Shown one piece after another: positions 40,333 through 49,455 of a stretch of DNA of 64,000 bases. Below the pieces are notes generated by a model. The model worked only from the letters and a program-made list of their open reading frames with translations. It had not been told where the DNA came from and made no database searches. Position numbers and translations under genes: made by a program. Every line of letters starts with the position of its first letter. Position 1 is the first letter of the stretch. The stretch comes from an uncultured Clostridia bacterium. GTDB lineage: Bacteria; Bacillota; Clostridia; TANB77; CAG-508. The stretch is taken from the NCBI GenBank assembly GCA_947627295.1, contig CANQVJ010000008.1, positions 12,313 through 76,312 of the forward strand. The letters are read 5' to 3'.

Positions 40333-41400
40333 TTAGTTTTGATCAAATTGCCCTTGTAATGTATTCTTTTGTCCATTTTTGTTGTATGCTGTAACTTCAA
40401 CCTTATCTCCATTATTTATTTCAAATGGATATGGGATTTCTATTTTTGTTCTTCCGTCTATTGTTGCCTCTGGTTGAACTTCTCCATTTATTTTTGATTC
40501 CATTTTTGTAATACCTGATTCATCTTCAATAACAATTACAAATTTAGTATCTTCTCCAGGAACAATACTTATTTTTGGACCTGTGCTACCTTCTTCATCT
40601 CCTTCAGGTTGGCTTGTGCTTTCAGCTTCAGAAGCTCCCTTTATTACCTTTTCTTCTTTATATGTTTCGTCAAGCATATCCATAGCTTCTACTGTTAATG
40701 TGTTTTCTCCAGGTTTTGCATCAATTATTTCTTCACCTTTGATGTTATTAATATCTATTGTTTCTTTTGTATCACTATTCCAACGATATGTTATAAATTT
40801 GATTTCATTTTCATTTGTGCCTTCTACTGTTATTTTAACCTTGTTTCCTTCCATTTCTTCAATAGTAATTTCTATGTTAGATACTCTTGTAAATGGTTGT
40901 TCAATAATTTGTGATTCACCATTTGCATCAACAGCTCTAATATATAAATTATTATCTCCAGAAGGTAAAGGTATTGTTTCTTGTATATTTGTTCTTCCAT
41001 TACCATTTATTCTTGTTTCTTCACCGTCATCCCATGAATAAATTATTTCATTTATAACATTTTGAGATTGTACAGATATTGTAACTTCATCTCCTGCATC
41101 TGTCATTTGAGCAGTTATTATTGGTTTTGAAACTACTGTACCTTGTGAACTACCACTCTTTGTGGTTAATGCATAAGAAGCAGACCCAATTAGAAATATT
41201 CCAAATATGATTATTGCAATTGCAAAAAATTTTGATATACTTTTTACATCACTACTTGAAGATTTAGGACCTGTAAAAGTATATGCACTTTTATTTTTCT
41301 TTTTTCTGCCTTTATTTTTTATAGGCTGACTATTATTAATTTCTTTAACATTTAAAATTTGATTCATATCTTTCCCTCTACTTCTTTTTTGTTTATACAT
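40333..41400 (-). CDS. membrane-anchored hypothetical protein with beta-sandwich-like repeats
   Basis: 355-aa ORF with a basic N-terminus, one TM (FFAIAIIIFGIFLIGSASYAL) and T/E/N-rich repeats (..YSWDDGEE.., ..YRWNSDTKE..). Confidence 0.3.
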   Translation of the reverse strand: MYKQKRSRGKDMNQILNVKEINNSQPIKNKGRKKKNKSAYTFTGPKSSSSDVKSISKFFAIAIIIFGIFLIGSASYALTTKSGSSQGTVVSKPIITAQMTDAGDEVTISVQSQNVINEIIYSWDDGEETRINGNGRTNIQETIPLPSGDNNLYIRAVDANGESQIIEQPFTRVSNIEITIEEMEGNKVKITVEGTNENEIKFITYRWNSDTKETIDINNIKGEEIIDAKPGENTLTVEAMDMLDETYKEEKVIKGASEAESTSQPEGDEEGSTGPKISIVPGEDTKFVIVIEDESGITKMESKINGEVQPEATIDGRTKIEIPYPFEINNGDKVEVTAYNKNGQKNTLQGQFDQN

Positions 41401-41473
41401 CCTTAGTATAACATAATCAAAACAGGATGTAAACAGTTTTTCAAAAAAGATAGTGTTAATTTTTTAACACTAT

Positions 41474-42685
41474 CTATGATAATAAATTTTTATCTTGCTC
41501 TATTTCTTTTTTGTTTAATTTACTAAATATCCTTCCCAATTTAGACCTTTCTAATGCACTAATATATTTTCTAGTTAAACTATGAGATTCCTCTAATTGC
41601 CTTGTTAATTCTGAAATTTTTACTTCTTGTTCTTCGTTTTCTTTTCTAAGAATTTCAATTTCCCTATTTTCTTCTTTTGGTTCAATTGGTTTTGGTGCTT
41701 CTTCCTTTTCTATTTTTGGTAAATCGATCACCTCGACCTCCGAACTTTCTTCTTTTGGTTTTGGTGGCTCAACTTCTTTTGGTTTCTCTACCTTAGGTTC
41801 CTCATGTTTTCTTTTTAGTAAAAATTCTTTAATGCTAACATCGCTTTCTTCATTATGTTTTAATATTTTATTTTCATCCACATAAATTGTTTTTACCTTT
41901 TTAGTAAACATCTTGCTATTAATTGGATTTGCAGTAAATATAACACTTTCAAAGCCTGCTGTATTAAAATTAATTAGTCCAATTGCTTCTTCTATATCTT
42001 TAACTTCTACACAATTTTTATATGGTACTTCTACTCCCTTTTTTATATATATACTTGTATTTTCTGAAAGTTCTTGTTCAATAATCTGACTATTTTCCAA
42101 GTATAGGTCGCAATATCCAAATCCACTTGTTACAACTTCTACACTTGACATTTCATTAATTTTATTTTGTAATTTTTTAGGCCCAATTACAATTACCTTT
42201 TTTATACTAGCTGAATTTGAAAGTAACTCCTCTACACCGTATCTTTCAACAACTTGTATCCAATCATTAGGTGCTTTGTTTTCTTTTAATGCTCTTTTTA
42301 TTAACTCTATTATTAGGCCATTTGTTGCCTTCATATAATTTGTGTAATTTGTTAATAAAATCACATTATTAGTAAGCATAGCTTTTACTATCATTTCAAC
42401 TAATACATATGGATTGCCTTCATATATAACCGAAATTAAACCTAAGCTATCTGATGTATTTATTTCTTTTTTATATTTAATTAACTCTTTTAACTTTTGC
42501 ATCCTTTCCATATCCAAAGGTTTGCCATTGCCAATTTCTATATCAATCTTATTTGCGCTTTCTATTTCTTCTTTAGCATCTCTCAAAATCTCAAATATTT
42601 TCTCTAGTGATTTTTCTTTATTATGGATATGTAGGTTTTCATAAGCCATTGCACTTTTCTCTAGTATCTCTCCTATGTTCCCCAT
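41474..42685 (-). CDS. hypothetical protein; N-terminal region resembles glutamate-5-semialdehyde dehydrogenase (ProA/ALDH fold), C-terminal PK/E-rich linker and coiled coil
   Basis: 403-aa ORF. GLISVIYEGNPYVLVEMIVKAMLTNNVILL parallels the ProA block [32 protein letters not shown]. The tail holds EPKVEKPKEVEPPKPKEE and heptad-like repeats. Confidence 0.3.
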   Translation of the reverse strand: MGNIGEILEKSAMAYENLHIHNKEKSLEKIFEILRDAKEEIESANKIDIEIGNGKPLDMERMQKLKELIKYKKEINTSDSLGLISVIYEGNPYVLVEMIVKAMLTNNVILLTNYTNYMKATNGLIIELIKRALKENKAPNDWIQVVERYGVEELLSNSASIKKVIVIGPKKLQNKINEMSSVEVVTSGFGYCDLYLENSQIIEQELSENTSIYIKKGVEVPYKNCVEVKDIEEAIGLINFNTAGFESVIFTANPINSKMFTKKVKTIYVDENKILKHNEESDVSIKEFLLKRKHEEPKVEKPKEVEPPKPKEESSEVEVIDLPKIEKEEAPKPIEPKEENREIEILRKENEEQEVKISELTRQLEESHSLTRKYISALERSKLGRIFSKLNKKEIEQDKNLLS

Positions 42686-42686
42686 A

Positions 42687-45083
42687 TTATTTCTCCTTTG
42701 TTTTTGCTATTATCTTATTTATCAATTCTAAGTTTTTACCTTTTAATTTTGATAAATCTAATTCTTTTTCAAATGCTTGTAATTGTTTTATAGCACTTAC
42801 TAATTTTTTCTCTATTTTTTCATTATGTTTTTGTGCATGTTCTTCTTGAGCCCATTGCTCCCAAAATTGCATATCATCAGATTCAGCTTCAGTATATACA
42901 TCATATAGTTCTATTTTTGTTTCATACTCAGCATAAATTATTGCAACTATTGCATCTGCCATTATTCTTAAATTTTCTGGTTCAATTTCATATTCTCTAG
43001 CAACGCAATTCATTAGTTTTTGTGATTCTGGCAATTTGTAGTCTTCTTCTTTTTGTTTTAATCTTAATAAATGTTTTTCGTTTTCTGCATTGTCCATTCT
43101 TTTGATTGTTCTTAAAATGATTCCCTTCATGTTTTTCGAATCATATATTGGTATTCTTTCTTTTTTCTCATGCCTTTGCCTAATTATTTCATCTTCGTCA
43201 ACAGGATTTAAATAATTCAAATGTGTCTTTGTTATTGGTATTTCTTCCTTTGCTGTCTCCGGTTCTGGTTTTGGTGGCTCTATATCAGCCACTGGCATTG
43301 GTTTTTTTATTTCTTCTTTTACTGGCTCTGGTTTTGGTAGTTCTACTTTAGGTGGAACTGGATCATCCCATAATTTCTTAGGTTTATTTGGCAAACTTTC
43401 ATAATCTTTATTTCTTGCCTTGTTTAGAATTTCAGCAACTTTTTCCATATCCTCTTGTGAGTACTCTACTGCTTTTATTTCTTTTGCTTCTTTTTCAACC
43501 TCTTTAGAAACTTTATCTATATCTTCTTTTCCAAGTTCACTTATCTTTTCTTTCCAAATTCTACTGTTTGCAAGATATTTATCTATATCTTTATTTTGAA
43601 TATTTTCCATAACTTCTGAACATGGAATAAATGCTCCACCTGACCTATAATACCATTTCTTTAATGTTTCTTCTTTACCCTTTTCTACCATTGCATCAAC
43701 AGATTTTATATCTTTTGCTCCCAATTTAATTGCATTTAAATTATCAAAAGTTCTAAAATATTTATTATATTTTTCTGGAAATGCTCTTGTTAAATCTTTT
43801 TCTAGCAAATATTCCAACCATAGAGGATTTTCGTCTATTATTTCAAATGTTATTTGATTTTCTTCATTTGAGTTATAATCATAATAGTATTTTTTTAGTT
43901 CTTCTGGAGCTCCTTCGTCAAGTATCAATTCTGGATGCTTATTTTTGAAAAATGCTGGAACAGTTTCATCATATTTGATTTCCTTTGATAGTATTTTTTC
44001 TTCAATTTGTTTTTCAATTTCATTTACTCTTTCTTCTAAACTGTTAGTATCTCCAAAAATATCACAATCTAAAACTTCTAAATATTTTCCATATTTATAT
44101 GCTAATTCCAACAATTTTTCTTTGCTAAATCTTGCCCAATTTTCTTCTAGTTTTCCTCTATTATTTTCATCCCTATTAAAGATTTTTAATTTGCTTTCAC
44201 CGTTTTTCATTTTCTTAAAGCCAACATCTAAATCTTTATACATTAAATCTTCATATAGCTTTTCATTATTTCTAATATCTTCAAACTCTAATTCACCTTT
44301 GTAAAATTTATCTTTTATTACTTCAGGCATTTCTTCTGATAAGAATAATTGTGGTTGTTCCTTTTTAAAGCTTTCTGGTAAAGTATCGTCATATTCTATT
44401 TTATTTTCTCTAATTAAATCACTAATTTTTTGATTAATTTTCATATTGATAACATTCATATCTAAGTACTTAAATTTAAAGTTTCCTAAGTTATCAATAA
44501 CAATTTCATTATCAAGATATTTTCCATAAGTTCTACATATTTTCAAAAAGTCTTCTTTTGATAATTCGTCTAATAAACAAGCCTTTCTTAACCTTGCTTT
44601 AAATATATCTTCTATTCTTTTATTTTTAAGCACTTCAAATAGCTCAGGATTTTCTTTAATATCTTGAGCTGTAATTAAGCCTTTATAATATTTTCTTTTT
44701 AGTTCTGGTGAAATTTCTTCATCTATAAAAATATCTGGATATTGCTCTCTGAAACTACCTTGAACAAAATCATAATCTTCAATATTTCCAACGATTTCTT
44801 TTTTTCTGAATATTCCTTGATTTTTTATTTCCACAAGATACTCATATATTCTGCGTTTAAATTCCGCATAAGTAAATTGATCATTAGTTTCTTTCTGAGA
44901 ATAAATTTCTTTTGTACGATTATATTCATTTGCAAATAAAGTCATTAACATACTTTCAGTATTATCTGGCCTATGAATTTTGCGTGAAAATATTCCATTT
45001 GTTTCTTTATCTAATTGCATTACATTGTCAAAACCGAATTTTTGAATAAATTCTGTTTCTAGATTTTTGTTTCTCTCTTCCAT
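42687..45083 (-). CDS. large hypothetical protein with three internal repeat modules
   Basis: 798-aa ORF. Repeated ~150-aa modules carry ..P(E)LF(I/L)xEExxPExxKxK(Y/F)YKG(L/E)..(D/E)DI(K/R)xNxxL(F/Y)E(V/D)L.. and ..YGKYL(D/E).. A PKVELPKPEPVKEE linker follows. Its 3' end lies within 2 nt of the start codon of the next gene (41474-42685). Confidence 0.3.
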   Translation of the reverse strand: MEERNKNLETEFIQKFGFDNVMQLDKETNGIFSRKIHRPDNTESMLMTLFANEYNRTKEIYSQKETNDQFTYAEFKRRIYEYLVEIKNQGIFRKKEIVGNIEDYDFVQGSFREQYPDIFIDEEISPELKRKYYKGLITAQDIKENPELFEVLKNKRIEDIFKARLRKACLLDELSKEDFLKICRTYGKYLDNEIVIDNLGNFKFKYLDMNVINMKINQKISDLIRENKIEYDDTLPESFKKEQPQLFLSEEMPEVIKDKFYKGELEFEDIRNNEKLYEDLMYKDLDVGFKKMKNGESKLKIFNRDENNRGKLEENWARFSKEKLLELAYKYGKYLEVLDCDIFGDTNSLEERVNEIEKQIEEKILSKEIKYDETVPAFFKNKHPELILDEGAPEELKKYYYDYNSNEENQITFEIIDENPLWLEYLLEKDLTRAFPEKYNKYFRTFDNLNAIKLGAKDIKSVDAMVEKGKEETLKKWYYRSGGAFIPCSEVMENIQNKDIDKYLANSRIWKEKISELGKEDIDKVSKEVEKEAKEIKAVEYSQEDMEKVAEILNKARNKDYESLPNKPKKLWDDPVPPKVELPKPEPVKEEIKKPMPVADIEPPKPEPETAKEEIPITKTHLNYLNPVDEDEIIRQRHEKKERIPIYDSKNMKGIILRTIKRMDNAENEKHLLRLKQKEEDYKLPESQKLMNCVAREYEIEPENLRIMADAIVAIIYAEYETKIELYDVYTEAESDDMQFWEQWAQEEHAQKHNEKIEKKLVSAIKQLQAFEKELDLSKLKGKNLELINKIIAKTKEK

Positions 45084-45160
45084 ATTTTATAATGGCTCCT
45101 TTGTATAATATTACATATTATTTATATCACATATTTTTATTTTTTACAAGATATTTTTTT

Positions 45161-46268
45161 CTATTTTTTGTCCAATATTATATTTATTTGTTTAGTAATT
45201 TTACCTCTTGATATATCTAAAGTTATAGATTCATTTGGCTTTTTTGTAAAAATATATTCTCTTAGCTCATTTACTGTTGCAATCTGCTTTCCGTCTACTT
45301 TAGTTATAATATCTCCTTCTTTTAACTCAGTTCTACTTGCTGCACTATTTTGTATAATTTGGTTCACATAGATTCCCTGTTTTACTCTACCTGTATTTTC
45401 ATTTAAATACCTAGCTGCCGTGCCGTCGTATGCATATATACCAAGTGTTGCCTCTTCAAAATTATTTGTTTCTACAAAACTTTGAATTACATTTTTTATA
45501 ACATTTATTGGCACAGCAAACCCAATTCCTTCAGCTGAAGAAATTTTAACAGTATTTATTCCAATCATTTCCCCATTTGCATAGATAAGCGGACCCCCGC
45601 TGTTGCCCGGGTTTATAGTTGCATCTGTTTGAATTAAGTTTGACATATATGAAATTTTTTCTTGCTCCTCTATTTTTATAGTTCTATTTTTAGCACTAAT
45701 TATCCCAGATGTTACAGTTCTTCTAAACTCATAGCCTATTGGATTTCCTATTGCATAAACTGTTTCTCCTATTTTTATATTTTTTGAATTTCCAAAAGTT
45801 ATATATGGTAAATTTTCTGCCTTTATTTTTGTTATTGATAAATCTAAATCTTCATCGCTCCACACGACGGTACCTTCGTAGTTTTGGCCGTCTTCTAGTG
45901 TTATGTAGCATTTGCTATATTTACCACCTGTAACATGTTCATTGCTTAAAATATATCCATTACTACTTACAATTACTCCGCTTCCCAAACCTAGGTCCTC
46001 TTCATTTGCACCTGTTAATAAACTTTCTCCCATACTTTTTAACTTCGAAATACCAACCACCTTTTTTGTTGTTTCTTCTATCATATCTGAAATCTTTTTG
46101 CTATCTTCTTTTACATTTTCAACTAACTCCTCTTGATTAGCACTCCCGTGTTTTTACAGCACTGTAATTAGATTCGCTTATTTCTATACTTTGATAAATT
46201 CTAAACAGGCACAATAAAAAGATTGCTATGAAAATTGTTAATAAAATTTTTACTAATGTTTTATTCAT
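45161..46268 (-). CDS. htrA: HtrA/DegP-family serine protease with PDZ domain; 368 aa with an N-terminal TM anchor if the CGG at 46146 is a +1 site
   Basis: Trypsin-like GNSGGPL and a C-terminal PDZ. A strong RBS (GGGGAGG) plus ATG at 46266-46268 gives MNKTLVKILLTIFIAIFLLCLF...SAVKT, then CGG. The +1 frame runs GSANQEELVENVKEDSKKISDMIEETTKK into ORF 45161-46084. Confidence 0.8.
46146..46148 (-). other. in-frame CGG with +1 frame transition (htrA)
   Basis: Sense AAA ACA CGG GAG TGC TAA. The +1 frame (GGG AGT GCT AAT...) is open and in phase with the protease ORF. Confidence 0.7.
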
Positions 46269-46327
46269 AAAAACCTCCCCTTTTTATTGTTCCTCATTTC
46301 AAAATTATTAAACACAAAAAAATGGCA

Positions 46328-48340
46328 TTACGCCATTTTTAAATTTTCTTTTTCCTTTTCTTTGATTATATCGCAAATCAATTGAGCAGACTTTTCAACT
46401 CCAAGTAAATCACTATTTATACAAATATCATAGTTTTCTGGGTTACCCCACTCTCTTTCAGTATAGTATTTATAGTGGTTTGCTCTTTCTTTATTTATTT
46501 TTCTAACTTCTTTTTCAGCCTTAGATTTTTCTACTCCGTAGAATTTTGTAGCTCTCTTAATTTTATCTTCCAATGAACTATAAATAAATATTTTAATAAC
46601 ATCTTTTCTATCTCTTAAAATGAAATCTGCACATCTACCTATAATTACACAAGAATCTTTTTTAACAACCTTTTTCATTAATTCACTTTCTTTTATGAAC
46701 AATTCGTCTGTGTTGTTAAGTCCGCCATAATAACCGCTGTTAAATGTATCTGACGATTTTCTTTTTTCCTCATTGCTTTCAATAAATCCTTCAGCATAAC
46801 CTGTTTTTTCAGAAAGCATTTTTGTGAAATCTTTATCATATAACTTAATTCCTAAAATATCTGCAATTAATCTTCCTACATATCTACCACCTGAACCGTA
46901 TTCTCTTGAAACAGTAATGATAGTATGGTTGGCTAATTGATTATCAGTACTTGTATCGTCAATTATAGCATCATGTTTATCAGAGTTTTTACTTAAATTC
47001 TTAACTTCATAAATTAAGAAACTAACTGCCAATATAAATGCTATTAAATCTGCTACTGGACCTGCATATAAGATTCCTTCTACTCCATATAAATTGCTGA
47101 ATATAAACATTGAAGGAATCAAGAATAATATTTGCCTAGATAATGAAAGCACTGCACTTCTTGAACTCTTTCCAATAGCTTGAAAGAATATTCCTGAAGG
47201 TATTTGAATTCCGTTACAAATACATAGTAATAAAAATGTTCTAAATGCCTTACAAGCAAATTCCATATATAATTCGTCACCACTACCAAAAATTGCAATC
47301 AATTTATCTGGTATTGTTTGGAATAATATAAATGCTGTAATACTTATTGCTAAACTTATTCCTAAAACTCTTTTTAATGTTTCTTTTACTCTATCAAATT
47401 TTCTTGCTCCATAGTTGTAGCCGAAAATTGGTTGAGCACCTGTTGTTACACCAATTATCATACTATTTAATATTTGGTTAATTTTCATTACAATTCCTAA
47501 AACTGTTATTGGTATTTCAGGACCATATTTAGACATTGCCCCATATTTTGCAAACAAATTATTTTGAATTGTTACAACACATACAAAACTCATTTGTGTA
47601 ATAAAACTACTTATTCCTAAAGTTAATATTTTTCTTGAAACTTGTCCTTTAAATTTAAAACAGTTTTTATTTAATTTTGTTGATTTGAATTTTCTAATAT
47701 AAACAACATTCATTACAAAAGTAATAAATTGTGCAAAGATTGTAGCAATAGCTGCACCTTCAACTCCCATTTTGAAAACGAAAATTAAAATTGGATCTAG
47801 TATTGTATTAATAACAGCACCTGAAACCATAGATACCATAGAATATTTTGGACTTCCGTCAGCTCTAATTACAGAGTTTAACGATGTACCAATCATCATA
47901 AATGGTATTCCCATTGCTATTATTCTACCATACCCCATAGCATATGGTCTTAATGCATCTGTACAACCAAAGATATTTAACAATTGAGGTAGAAATATTA
48001 ATGTAAATATACAAAGTACTGCAGAAACTATTGTGGTCATTAAAGTACCATTTCCTACACCAACTGCTGCATCTTTCTTTTGCTTTTCACCAAGTTTTAA
48101 ACTTAAGTAAGCAGATGACCCGTCACCTATCATTAATGAAAATGCAAGTGAAATCATTACTATTGGGAATACAATATTTGTTGCTCCATTACCTAAATAG
48201 CCAACTCCCCAACCAATAAATATTTGGTCAACCATATTGTATAAAGAGTTTACAAGTAGTGATACAATACAAGGAACTGAAAATTTTAAAATTAGTTTTC
48301 CTATTTTTTCTCTTCCTAAAATGTTTTCCTCTTTATCCAT
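46328..48340 (-). CDS. MATE-family efflux transporter fused to a cytidylate-kinase-like (P-loop) domain
   Basis: Continuous 670-aa ORF. About 450 aa of 12-TM MATE region, then ITVSREYGSGGRYVGRLIADILGIKLYDKD..., typical of the cytidylate kinase-like family. A terminator hairpin overlaps the stop. Confidence 0.7.
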   Translation of the reverse strand: MDKEENILGREKIGKLILKFSVPCIVSLLVNSLYNMVDQIFIGWGVGYLGNGATNIVFPIVMISLAFSLMIGDGSSAYLSLKLGEKQKKDAAVGVGNGTLMTTIVSAVLCIFTLIFLPQLLNIFGCTDALRPYAMGYGRIIAMGIPFMMIGTSLNSVIRADGSPKYSMVSMVSGAVINTILDPILIFVFKMGVEGAAIATIFAQFITFVMNVVYIRKFKSTKLNKNCFKFKGQVSRKILTLGISSFITQMSFVCVVTIQNNLFAKYGAMSKYGPEIPITVLGIVMKINQILNSMIIGVTTGAQPIFGYNYGARKFDRVKETLKRVLGISLAISITAFILFQTIPDKLIAIFGSGDELYMEFACKAFRTFLLLCICNGIQIPSGIFFQAIGKSSRSAVLSLSRQILFLIPSMFIFSNLYGVEGILYAGPVADLIAFILAVSFLIYEVKNLSKNSDKHDAIIDDTSTDNQLANHTIITVSREYGSGGRYVGRLIADILGIKLYDKDFTKMLSEKTGYAEGFIESNEEKRKSSDTFNSGYYGGLNNTDELFIKESELMKKVVKKDSCVIIGRCADFILRDRKDVIKIFIYSSLEDKIKRATKFYGVEKSKAEKEVRKINKERANHYKYYTEREWGNPENYDICINSDLLGVEKSAQLICDIIKEKEKENLKMA

Positions 48341-48449
48341 TAAAAAACCTCCTTTTTTGTATTTATTGCAACCAAGATATTATATCATTTTTTACCCCAA
48401 AAGTCAAGGATAAGAATTGATAATTTTGCTTAAAATAGTCGCCTTTTAA

Positions 48450-48479
48450 TTGACCAATTTATAGAACTTATGCTATAAT
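48450..48479 (+). promoter_or_regulatory. sigma-A-type promoter for ispE
   Basis: TTGACC (48450-48455), 18-nt spacer, TGcTATAAT extended -10 (48471-48479). The GTG start at 48509 is preceded by GAGGAG. Confidence 0.55.
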
Positions 48480-48508
48480 GTTGCAATAAAGAAAATGAGG
48501 AGAAAAAA

Positions 48509-49363
48509 GTGGAACATATATATGCAAAAGCAAGAGCAAAAATAAATCTAAACTTAATAGTATTAAATAAAAGGCAAGACGGCTTTCACAATTTAAAATC
48601 AGTTTTCCAAAAAATAAGTTTGTATGACGAGCTTTATATATCGAAAACAAACACAGGTAAAATTGAAATTGAAACAAATATAAAAGAACTTAATAACCAA
48701 GAAAACATTGTGTATAAAGCATATTGCAAATTAAAAGAGTTATACCCAACTATATCAGGCATAAAAGTAAAGATAAATAAAAACATACCAATGAAAGCTG
48801 GCTTAGCAGGTGGCAGTACAGATTGTGCAAGTTTCATATTATCTATGAATAAACTTTTTAATTTAAACCTTTCTAAAAAAGAAATAGAAAAAATATGCGT
48901 GAATTTAGGTGCAGATGTAGTACCTTGCTTATATAACACACCTTTAATTGCAAAAGGTATTGGTGAAAAAATAGCTCCAATAAACTCTAATTTCAAGTAT
49001 TATGTTGTAATTGTAAAACCTAAAAGCAATTCTAACACAAAAGAAATGTATAGCAAAATTGATGAATTACCTAGAAATTCACAAGAAGATAATACTTCTA
49101 AAATAGTTGAAGGATTAAAAACAAATAACTTAAAATTAATTGCAAATAATTTATACAATACATTTGAAAAAGTTGTAAACCAAAAAGACAAGCTAAAACA
49201 AATAAAAAAAGATATAATTGAAGAAGGGTCTTTGGGATGTCTTTTAAGTGGTTCTGGTTCAAGTGTTTTTGGTCTGTTTGAAAGTAGGCTATCTGCAAAA
49301 TCAGCATTTAAGAGCCTTAGAAAAAAATACAATGTTTTTTATACTATTGCAAAAGCACATTAA
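48509..49363 (+). CDS. ispE: 4-diphosphocytidyl-2-C-methyl-D-erythritol kinase
   Basis: 284-aa ORF. AKINLNLIVLNKRQDGFHNL and the GHMP kinase motif PMKAGLAGGSTDCA. Confidence 0.9.
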   Translation: MEHIYAKARAKINLNLIVLNKRQDGFHNLKSVFQKISLYDELYISKTNTGKIEIETNIKELNNQENIVYKAYCKLKELYPTISGIKVKINKNIPMKAGLAGGSTDCASFILSMNKLFNLNLSKKEIEKICVNLGADVVPCLYNTPLIAKGIGEKIAPINSNFKYYVVIVKPKSNSNTKEMYSKIDELPRNSQEDNTSKIVEGLKTNNLKLIANNLYNTFEKVVNQKDKLKQIKKDIIEEGSLGCLLSGSGSSVFGLFESRLSAKSAFKSLRKKYNVFYTIAKAH

Positions 49364-49455
49364 TTTTACTCTAAAACAATTAATTTTTGCCCAAAATTTG
49401 CATTTTTTTTGTTTTATGTATATAATGTAGAAAAATACAAAGGATGTAAAAAAAT

